Part shown: positions 44,907 through 52,282 of the stretch, piece by piece | Position numbering within the stretch: position 1 is the stretch's first letter | How the letters are laid out: each line of letters begins with the position of its first letter | DNA from: a virus | Lineage: Duplodnaviria; Caudoviricetes | Length of the DNA stretch: 52,282 nt | Virus record (IMG/VR): IMGVR_UViG_3300006789_000002 | Span: 1 to 52,282 of that record | Direction: 5' to 3' (one strand) | Translations under genes and position numbers: made by a program | Notes under the pieces: generated by a model | The model's input: the letters and a program-made list of their open reading frames with translations, nothing else | Database searches by the model: none | Told to the model about the DNA's origin: nothing

Positions 44907-45363
44907 GACTAGAACGTGCAAGACTTGTTTAATCAACAAGCATATAGATGACTATGAGGTAGCTAAGGGCTACAAGAGAAGAGAATGTCGAACCTGCCGT
45001 TCCGCGGGGAAAAGAAAAAAGATCAGCAATAGTCCATATCTTTATATAAACAACCTACACGGACAACTAGCATACAGAAGGAAGAAGACACACGAGTTTA
45101 GTGTAGAGAGAGAAGACCTACATGATCTATACGATAGACAGGAAGGAAGATGCCAGTACTCAGGAGTTGCCATGACTCACATTAAGGATGGATCAGGCAA
45201 GTACCTTAGTAATATCTCTATTGAAAGAATCGATAACAGTGTTGGATATGTGAAGGAGAACATAGCACTTGTCTGTCTTGCCTGTAACATGATGAAGTAC
45301 ACCTTGGACTTAAAAGAATTGCTGAACTGGTGTAAAATGATCACACAACACAATGAGGATTAA
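44851..45363 (+). CDS. HNH-like endonuclease with Zn fingers
   Basis: CKTC..CRTC; Q.GRCQYSG; SIERIDNSVGY..NI.LVC..CN.MK; start uncertain. Confidence 0.75.
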   Translation: MLKSSRSKSKTPHHTTGHKTRTCKTCLINKHIDDYEVAKGYKRRECRTCRSAGKRKKISNSPYLYINNLHGQLAYRRKKTHEFSVEREDLHDLYDRQEGRCQYSGVAMTHIKDGSGKYLSNISIERIDNSVGYVKENIALVCLACNMMKYTLDLKELLNWCKMITQHNED

Positions 45364-45365
45364 CT

Positions 45366-45776
45366 ATGACTATTAAAGACAAATCATTAATGCAAAGGAA
45401 GGCTGAATTTGTACAGCACTTCTTAGTAACAAAGAACGCAACTGAGTCAGCAAAGAGGACGGGATATTCTGAGGCATCTGCTTATAATCAGGGGCACAGA
45501 TTGATGAACGATGACGAGGTTCAAAAAATGCTTGCATTTGAGTTAGCTGAGTCCAAAGAACGTAACCTCAAGGATCATGACAGCATCATAGAGCGTCTTA
45601 AAGAGGAAGCCCTTGGTGATGTCAACGGTCACACAGCAGGCTCTAGAGTAAAGGCTTTAGAGCTCCTCATGAAGTATTATCAGATGATCGATTCAGCTCA
45701 GAAGGTTGAGCTTTCAATGAAGGATTCTTGGTTTGATACGTTGGATTTTGTGAAGGAAGAGGATCACCTTAATTAG
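45366..45776 (+). CDS. terS: Terminase small subunit
   Basis: FVQHFL..NATESA..GYS..SA..G.RL; RVKALELL. Confidence 0.9.
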   Translation: MTIKDKSLMQRKAEFVQHFLVTKNATESAKRTGYSEASAYNQGHRLMNDDEVQKMLAFELAESKERNLKDHDSIIERLKEEALGDVNGHTAGSRVKALELLMKYYQMIDSAQKVELSMKDSWFDTLDFVKEEDHLN

Positions 45777-45910
45777 GTGATACTTCTTTAGGATAAAAAC
45801 ATGTCGACATCAAGAAACCCTGTATTAATAGGGGCTGGGGGTGCTGGACAAGGTACCTCATATACATATATACCTATGTATCCCTTTGTCCTTATGGGGG
45901 GTATGTAATT

Positions 45911-47491
45911 TTGCAAACCGAAATCGAAAAATCAAAATATAAAAAAATTATAAATACCTTTAAAACGAATCTCAGTCTTTACGCAAAGCATTGTTTAAAA
46001 ATTATAGATAAACAGGGAAAGCTAATTTCTTTTGAATTCAACGCTGCACAACAATTACTAGACGATCAGATTAATAGACAGTATGCAGAAAGAGGCAATG
46101 TAAGAATTCTCATCTTAAAGTCTCGTCAAACGGGTATATCGACCTATTGCCAGGCACGAGGTTTCTGGAAGACGGTATCCGCACAAAATCAGAATGCCGT
46201 AGTTGTATCCCATCTTAATGAATCCACCAAAGCTATTTTCGGAATGGTGCGTAATTTCTATGATAATTTACCCAACCCCCTTGTCACACCAGAGCTCAAG
46301 GAGCATACAAACAATTCAATGGCTTTTACGCATGGTTCGCGATGGAGAATTGCGACCGCAAGAACGGGAGAGGTTGGTCGTGGATGGACAACAAACTATT
46401 TGCATGGATCTGAGGTAGCCTTCTATCCGAACTCAGATATTATTCCAGGGCTACTACAAACAGTCCCCGAAGCAGAGTCAGAGATATTGTTGGAGTCTAC
46501 CGCGAATGGAGCGGGCGGATGGTTCTATGATGCGTGTATGCGATCCTTGCGAGGAGAAGGCGAGTGGGAAATATGTTTTATACCTTGGTACATGATGCCA
46601 GACTACAAACGCAAGGTTGATCCCTACTTTGAATTAGAACGCGAGGAGGAAGATATTAAGCGTATGTTTGATCTCAGTGATGAGCAAATAATGTTTAGGC
46701 GTTTAAAGATACAGGAGCTTGGCGGCGAAGACCTGTTCAGGCAGGAGTATCCCTCTACCCCGCAAGAGGCGTTTTTGACTACAGGTAGATTATTTGTAGA
46801 GCCTAAGTTCATAGACCAGGCGGCAGTTGAATGCTATACCCCCGTTGAACGCTACGATGTTCGCGATACTGAGCTTGTCCCCCACGCGAAGGGGCTCCTA
46901 AAAATTTTCGAGAATCCAAGGGATTCTCTAAGATACTGTATTGGTGTTGATGTTGCGGAGGGGTTGGAGCATGGCGACTACTCGGTGATACAGGTATTAG
47001 ATCACTTGGGAAACCAAGTTGCGACTTGGAGTGGGCACGTTGATCCGTTCGACCTTGCGGGCATTGTTTGCAAGATTGGAATTTACTACAATAAAGCATG
47101 GACTTTAATTGAAAGAAACAATCATGGTCTAACCACCATTAGGAAAGCACAGGAACTTAACTACCCAAATCTATTTGTAGAACAAACCGTTGACGATGCC
47201 TATGTTGACAAAATGACAAGACGTGCAGGTTTCTTAACAACCAGCAAGACAAAGCCTTTAATTATTGATAACTTAGCACACTTACTTCGCCAAGGAGAAA
47301 GTGGTATAGTTGATATGGAACTTATAGACGAGCTACGGACTTATGTGGTAGACGCTAGAGGAATAACAAATGCACAGAATGGTTGTTATGATGATAGAAT
47401 AATGGCATACGCAATTGCTTTGTTTGGTTTGAACAGCATGCCAAGGAAGCACAGGCAGAATTTTAAAAGAACAAAAAAACAATATTTTTAA
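45911..47491 (+). CDS. terL: Terminase large subunit
   Basis: ILKSRQTGIST, LHGSEVAF, ESTANG, FRQEYP, IGVDVAEG, ERNNHG, DDRIMA; TTG start. Confidence 0.95.
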   Translation: MQTEIEKSKYKKIINTFKTNLSLYAKHCLKIIDKQGKLISFEFNAAQQLLDDQINRQYAERGNVRILILKSRQTGISTYCQARGFWKTVSAQNQNAVVVSHLNESTKAIFGMVRNFYDNLPNPLVTPELKEHTNNSMAFTHGSRWRIATARTGEVGRGWTTNYLHGSEVAFYPNSDIIPGLLQTVPEAESEILLESTANGAGGWFYDACMRSLRGEGEWEICFIPWYMMPDYKRKVDPYFELEREEEDIKRMFDLSDEQIMFRRLKIQELGGEDLFRQEYPSTPQEAFLTTGRLFVEPKFIDQAAVECYTPVERYDVRDTELVPHAKGLLKIFENPRDSLRYCIGVDVAEGLEHGDYSVIQVLDHLGNQVATWSGHVDPFDLAGIVCKIGIYYNKAWTLIERNNHGLTTIRKAQELNYPNLFVEQTVDDAYVDKMTRRAGFLTTSKTKPLIIDNLAHLLRQGESGIVDMELIDELRTYVVDARGITNAQNGCYDDRIMAYAIALFGLNSMPRKHRQNFKRTKKQYF

Positions 47492-49501
47492 ATGAAGATA
47501 AAAAACGAACTAGAACCAGGGGGGATTTCAGCAGCGGTTGATACGGATGATCAAGAGCAGACTGAATTAAACTCCCTAGGACAAATACTACAATCTAAAT
47601 ACACGGAGTACAAAGATGCCCGTGATGATATAGAGGATGATTGGATAGAAGACTTGCGAGCATTCATGGGTCAATACGATCCTGACATACTTGCGAAGAT
47701 ACAATCCAAGGGAGACAGATCCCAAGTCTATGTTGGCTTAACAAGAACCAAGGTACTTGCAGCCTTCTCAAGAATGACCGATCTTTTATTTCAACCAGGT
47801 CAAAAATTCTTTTCAATAGAAGCAACACCCATAACCAAACAACCCTTTGTCGAAAAGGAACTTACCGAACAAGCCGCGTTAGAAATAATGCAGGCTGCCG
47901 AAGTTGTAGACCCAGGACTTGTTGATGATTTAATTCAAGCAAGACTAAATGAATTAGAGACAGAGCTCGAAGAAGAAACAGAAAGAAGAGTAGAGAACAT
48001 GGAAGAGGCAATACTTGACCAAGCAATCGAAGGGAACCTAGAAGGCAAGATGAAGGATGCAATCATGGAACAGGTTATCTTTGGTACTGGAGCAATGAAG
48101 GCTGGTACTCTTAGAGTTGAGAAAGACCATAAGTGGGTTAAGACAGAAGATGGGTACGCGTTAGTATATGAGGAAAGCCCAATGCCCGAAATGGAGGCTG
48201 TGTCTATATTTGATTTATATCCAGATCCTTTCGCTACGTCCATGGAAGATATGCGAGACATATTCAGAAGACATATTATATCCCGACAGGAGTTCGTAGA
48301 CCTTAAAGATTTCCCAGGCTTCAATAAAGATATGATTGAGGAATGCCTTGAACATTACCCAGAAGGAAACCATGACGAAGAACAACATGAGAAAGACAGA
48401 AGAGACATAGCTAATGTTAATGATAGATCTACAGAAACAAACAAGTTTGAGCTTACAGAGTTCTGGGGTTCATTAAATGGTTATGACCTTGAAGAAGTAG
48501 GCATAGAGTTTGAAGGCGATGCTGATCTATCTCAAGAGTATAGTGCCAACGTGTGGACTGTAGCTGGCAAAGTAATTAAAGCACAACTCAATCCGCTTCC
48601 AGGCGGTGTTATACCTTACTTCATTTTCCCATATGAAAAGAACCCGCATGCGTTCTGGGGTACAGGAGTGCCTAGAATGATGCGTGATTCACAGACCACA
48701 ATGAATGCTGCTACAAGAATATACCTAGACAACGTGGCTCTATCATCTGGTCCTATGGTTGAAGTTAATACTGATATTATGGCTTCAGGCGAAGATCCAA
48801 CAGATCTATATCCTTGGAGAGTATTCTTGCGAGAGGGTGGGGATGGGAATCAGCCTATGGTTAGATTCTATCAACCACAGTCCAACTCGCCAGCACTGGT
48901 ATCGGTAATTGAATTATTTAGAAGGTTCGCGGATGAAACCACCGCGTTACCATCATACACACACGGACAGACGCAGAGTTCGTTAAATAGAACTGCCACA
49001 GGTATATCTATATTAATGAGTAATGCAAACATTGTTCTTAAGTCCGTTATTAAAAACATTGACGACTATTTAACCAAACCAATGATTCGATCATTGTATG
49101 ACTGGAACATGACTTGGAATGATAACGAGTTAGTTAAGTCAGACATGAGAGTTGTTGCAAAAGGATCTACTGCATTAATACAAAAAGAAGTACAGTCACA
49201 AAGACTACTACAGTTCTTATCACTAATTAATAATCCAATGGACGCTAATATGATTAAGAGAGATAAGCTCTTAACAGATATAGCTAAGTCATTAGATATT
49301 GATCCAGAAGAAGTAATTAAAAATGAAAAGGAGTTAATGGATGAGCAAGCACTACAACAAGCTATCCTTGCCAGCCAGCAAGGCGGTCAGGCAGATCAAG
49401 TCCCAAATGCCGAAGGAGTGGGCGGACCTGATGTTGGAAATGGAACGCCTCCGCCAAATGGAGCGGGACCAGTTGGAAATAACGGAGGACTACCGCTTTA
49501 G
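47492..49501 (+). CDS. Portal protein
   Basis: Follows terL; GTG.MK, DLYPDP, EFWG, WGTGVP..MRD.Q..N..R..LDN..LS. Confidence 0.9.
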   Translation: MKIKNELEPGGISAAVDTDDQEQTELNSLGQILQSKYTEYKDARDDIEDDWIEDLRAFMGQYDPDILAKIQSKGDRSQVYVGLTRTKVLAAFSRMTDLLFQPGQKFFSIEATPITKQPFVEKELTEQAALEIMQAAEVVDPGLVDDLIQARLNELETELEEETERRVENMEEAILDQAIEGNLEGKMKDAIMEQVIFGTGAMKAGTLRVEKDHKWVKTEDGYALVYEESPMPEMEAVSIFDLYPDPFATSMEDMRDIFRRHIISRQEFVDLKDFPGFNKDMIEECLEHYPEGNHDEEQHEKDRRDIANVNDRSTETNKFELTEFWGSLNGYDLEEVGIEFEGDADLSQEYSANVWTVAGKVIKAQLNPLPGGVIPYFIFPYEKNPHAFWGTGVPRMMRDSQTTMNAATRIYLDNVALSSGPMVEVNTDIMASGEDPTDLYPWRVFLREGGDGNQPMVRFYQPQSNSPALVSVIELFRRFADETTALPSYTHGQTQSSLNRTATGISILMSNANIVLKSVIKNIDDYLTKPMIRSLYDWNMTWNDNELVKSDMRVVAKGSTALIQKEVQSQRLLQFLSLINNPMDANMIKRDKLLTDIAKSLDIDPEEVIKNEKELMDEQALQQAILASQQGGQADQVPNAEGVGGPDVGNGTPPPNGAGPVGNNGGLPL

Positions 49502-49610
49502 CCAAGGGCGTTGCGACATCCTAAAATTTATAGTATCTTTGGATACAATTGCCACGAAGGTAATAGAAGCGTTAGGATCCCGAAGGGACACACCTAACAT
49601 ATATAGTTAA
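49341..49610 (+). CDS. Small head-assembly-region protein overlapping the portal 3' end
   Basis: W..L...R...RFSQGR...L pattern typical between portal and scaffold; AAGGAG RBS. Confidence 0.65.
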   Translation: MSKHYNKLSLPASKAVRQIKSQMPKEWADLMLEMERLRQMERDQLEITEDYRFSQGRCDILKFIVSLDTIATKVIEALGSRRDTPNIYS

Positions 49611-49641
49611 TTTTATCGACACACCCACGAGGACCGAGAAA

Positions 49642-50616
49642 ATGGAAAGAGAAAAAACTAGAGGCGAGTTAATCGCTGAAAGGCTTGAAAACGAAGCTGA
49701 TGAGATGATGAAGCAAGTTGCTGAATCTAAGACGGAATCTGAAGTTGAATCTAAAGGGTTAGCTACTCAAGAAGATGAAACCACAGACACCCCAGAAGAG
49801 ATTGAAGAGGAACTAGTAGAAACTTCACCCGATGAATCTCAGGAGACTGAAGACGCATCTGATCAGAAAGAACACGAGGTTCAGGAAGAAGATGTTAAAT
49901 CTGATAAGGGTTTACTATCTGCTGACCAATGGGAAGAAAGGTACAAGAATGCTCAGGCACGAATGACCAAGGCTACCCAGAGAGAGAAAGAACTTGAAGC
50001 CAAGATATCTGAAATGTCTAATAAGATAACAGCTATCGAAAGCATGAAGTCCGATACACGAATTGAAAGACAGAAAGAGGAAGTGAATGTTGACCTCGCT
50101 GAAATAGTCAAGGACTATCCAGAGATTGTTAAACCACTTCAGCAATACGTTGATGCTCGCATCGCGTCTGTTGATCAAAGAGTGAACCAGGCTACAGAAG
50201 AGGTCTTGAAAACTCAACGAGAGGAAGCGGATAAGAAGCATTACGGAGCTATTGCAGACGTGCATCCTGATTGGAAATCTACATCAGAGAGTGAGGACTT
50301 TGCTCTTTGGCTAGGAAGACAATCAAGAATGTGGCAGAGTGCAGCTAGCGAAGGTGATGCAGAGGATGTTATATCCCTCTTATCAAAATATAAAAAAGAT
50401 TTAGGTCTGAATCCGAAAAGTGTTTCCAAGGCGGAATTAGTGGAGAAGGCGAAGCAGAATGTTGAACCAACTTTATCTAAGGCTAGGAAACAAAATACAG
50501 GTAGTAACAAAAGAATTTGGACTGCAAGTGAAATTGGCAAACTAAACGACAAACAGTTTAGAAAGCATGAGAAAGAAATTGATCAAGCCTATGCCGATGG
50601 TAGAGTGAAGCCCTAG
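49642..50616 (+). CDS. Capsid scaffolding protein
   Basis: Acidic N-terminus, WEERYK, coiled coil, HPDW, EIDQAYADGRV; precedes the capsid gene. Confidence 0.8.
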   Translation: MEREKTRGELIAERLENEADEMMKQVAESKTESEVESKGLATQEDETTDTPEEIEEELVETSPDESQETEDASDQKEHEVQEEDVKSDKGLLSADQWEERYKNAQARMTKATQREKELEAKISEMSNKITAIESMKSDTRIERQKEEVNVDLAEIVKDYPEIVKPLQQYVDARIASVDQRVNQATEEVLKTQREEADKKHYGAIADVHPDWKSTSESEDFALWLGRQSRMWQSAASEGDAEDVISLLSKYKKDLGLNPKSVSKAELVEKAKQNVEPTLSKARKQNTGSNKRIWTASEIGKLNDKQFRKHEKEIDQAYADGRVKP

Positions 50617-50663
50617 TTAGTTTGTTGCTATTAAATTAATTTTTTTAAAAAGAGGTAATTATA

Positions 50664-51530
50664 ATGGCATATTCAACATCTGGCGGAAGTTTTAGTTTCG
50701 CAAGTGGAGAAAATCATTTCATACCTGAAGTCTTCTCAAAGAAGTTACAAGCTAAGTTTTATGCTCAGACCATGTTGTCTGAAGTTACAACTAACGAGTA
50801 CGAAGGAGAGATCTCAGGGTTAGGTAATAAAGTAAACATCAGAACAGTTCCTGCTGTATCAGTAGCTGACTATTCTGGCTCTATTTCATATAGTGATGTA
50901 ACATCATCTACTATTGAATTAGATATCAACAAAGCTAAAAGCTATGCTTTTAAAGTTGACGATATCTTAAGAGAACAAGCAGATATCGACTTCATGAACG
51001 AAGCAGCTAATGACGCAGCTCAGAACATGAAAATCGCTATCGAGCAAGATGTATTCGCAAACGTAGCCGCTGGTTCGTCTTTAACAGACATCAACGGAAC
51101 ACCTGCTAACATTACATCTTCAACTGTTCTAGGGCATATTCTTGATGCTGGTCAACAGCTTGATGAAAACAACATTCCAGAAGATGGAAGGTTCATGATC
51201 ATCAACCCTGCTGTTGCAACAGTGTTAAAGCAATCAGAACTAAGACAAGCATACTTAACTGGTGATAATGTATCTCCATTAAGAAATGGCTTTATTGGTA
51301 CAGTTGATAGATTCAATATGTATGTATCTAACAACTTAAGCACAACATCTGGAGTAACATCTGGTCTGTATGGGCATCCTAAAGCTGTTGCTTACGCTTC
51401 TCAAATGACTAACACTGAAACTGTAAGACTTGAGTCTTCATTCGGTGATGGCGTTAGAGGTTTGTCTGTATATGGATACAAAGTTATCCTACCTACAGCT
51501 ATCGGCGAATTTAAGCTACAAACTGCTTAA
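50664..51530 (+). CDS. Major capsid protein
   Basis: FIPEVFS, YEGEI..G.KV.I, LDENNIPEDGR, VRGL.VYG.KV; followed by a terminator. Confidence 0.9.
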   Translation: MAYSTSGGSFSFASGENHFIPEVFSKKLQAKFYAQTMLSEVTTNEYEGEISGLGNKVNIRTVPAVSVADYSGSISYSDVTSSTIELDINKAKSYAFKVDDILREQADIDFMNEAANDAAQNMKIAIEQDVFANVAAGSSLTDINGTPANITSSTVLGHILDAGQQLDENNIPEDGRFMIINPAVATVLKQSELRQAYLTGDNVSPLRNGFIGTVDRFNMYVSNNLSTTSGVTSGLYGHPKAVAYASQMTNTETVRLESSFGDGVRGLSVYGYKVILPTAIGEFKLQTA

Positions 51531-51545
51531 TACTGGCTATTGCTT

Positions 51546-51573
51546 AAAGGGAGTTTCGGCTCCCTTTTTTTTT
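51546..51573 (+). terminator. Intrinsic terminator after the capsid gene
   Basis: AAAGGGAGT-TTCG-GCTCCC-T9. Confidence 0.9.
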
Positions 51574-51642
51574 AGAAAAAAATAGATAGAACACTTATAT
51601 TTATGGTATCTTTATTATGGTTAATCAAAGAAGGAACTACAC

Positions 51643-51936
51643 ATGACAAAAGACGAACTATTAAAATTAGCTAAAGAAGAACACAATGTTACTTTGAATC
51701 CAAAAGAGAAACTTGCGGACTTAGAAGATAAAGTAGCAACATTAGAAGCAAATAAAGATGTTAAGGAAGTTAAGGCTCCAAAGAAAAAAGAGCCTGTGAG
51801 TAAAGATCCTATAGCGTCAAGAAGTGAGCACGGCAAAGTTGTTCTATGGAACCCAAGACACAGAGCAGAGTTCTGGCAGTTTGTTCATGACAAGAAGCAT
51901 CTAACCGAAGAAGAAATAAAAACACTAGGACTATAA
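51643..51936 (+). CDS. Hypothetical protein
   Basis: MTKDELLKLAKE..L small helical domain; AAGGA RBS. Confidence 0.65.
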   Translation: MTKDELLKLAKEEHNVTLNPKEKLADLEDKVATLEANKDVKEVKAPKKKEPVSKDPIASRSEHGKVVLWNPRHRAEFWQFVHDKKHLTEEEIKTLGL

Positions 51937-52282
51937 ATGGCAACCGTTAAAGTAATAGATTTAATTGATAGAGCTGAGGAGATCTTACAGGATACTACCA
52001 ACGTAAGATGGTCCCAACAAACTCTATTGAACTATTTAAACGATGCTCAAAGAGAGGTCGTTTTATTTAGACCAGACGCAAACCCAATTAATGAAACATT
52101 TACTCTAGCAGCAAACAGTGCAAAACAAACACTACCAAGTTCAGCACTAAGATTAATATCAATTTATAAGAATACGAATCCAACAACAAAACCAATTACT
52201 AATATTGAAAGAAGGGTGTTGGATGACCAAATAGAAGACTGGCATGGAACCACAGGAACTAATGTTGAGCACTATGCTTATG
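51937..52282 (+). CDS. 5' part of the junction-spanning adaptor-like protein (continues at 113-432)
   Basis: ATG 51937 after an AGGA RBS; open to the window end. Confidence 0.75.
   Translation, partial: MATVKVIDLIDRAEEILQDTTNVRWSQQTLLNYLNDAQREVVLFRPDANPINETFTLAANSAKQTLPSSALRLISIYKNTNPTTKPITNIERRVLDDQIEDWHGTTGTNVEHYAY
52171..52282. repeat. 112-bp terminal direct repeat, right copy
   Basis: Identical to 1-112. Confidence 0.97.

Noticed and set aside
49594-49609. Second NrdR-box-like sequence (ACATATATAG) upstream of the scaffold gene
   Set aside because: Lacks the conserved C at the start of the core and has poor flanks

Overview
A complete, circularly permuted dsDNA tailed-phage genome of about 52,170 bp. 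Positions 1-112 are repeated exactly at 52171-52282, and one ORF runs across the join. It is AT-rich and podovirus-like: no tape measure or sheath gene, but internal ejection proteins. Gene families resemble uncultured marine phages; the host cannot be determined from sequence. Layout: head-tail joining and three tail fibres (0-10 kb); a csgF-csgG-curlin-like-FecR-CHASE2/adenylate cyclase module between holin-like genes (10-15.9 kb); tail and ejection proteins ending in a 2483-aa polyvalent LPD38 protein (15.9-31.2 kb); leftward tyrosine recombinase, nuclease, SSB, YqaJ and ERF (31.3-35.6 kb); rightward initiator with iterons, DnaB, Ref and a cluster of basic proteins (35.7-40.6 kb); a leftward early operon (44.1 to 40.7 kb); then lysis, HNH, TerS, TerL, portal, scaffold and capsid (44.2-52.2 kb). 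The most striking signal is in the early operon. Three covarying type I hammerhead ribozymes sit between the stop codon and RBS of consecutive genes. The operon promoter carries a 14/16 match to the NrdR box, and the last gene is an unannotated stand-alone NrdR-type zinc ribbon. All family assignments are from motif recognition by eye; no database searches were run.
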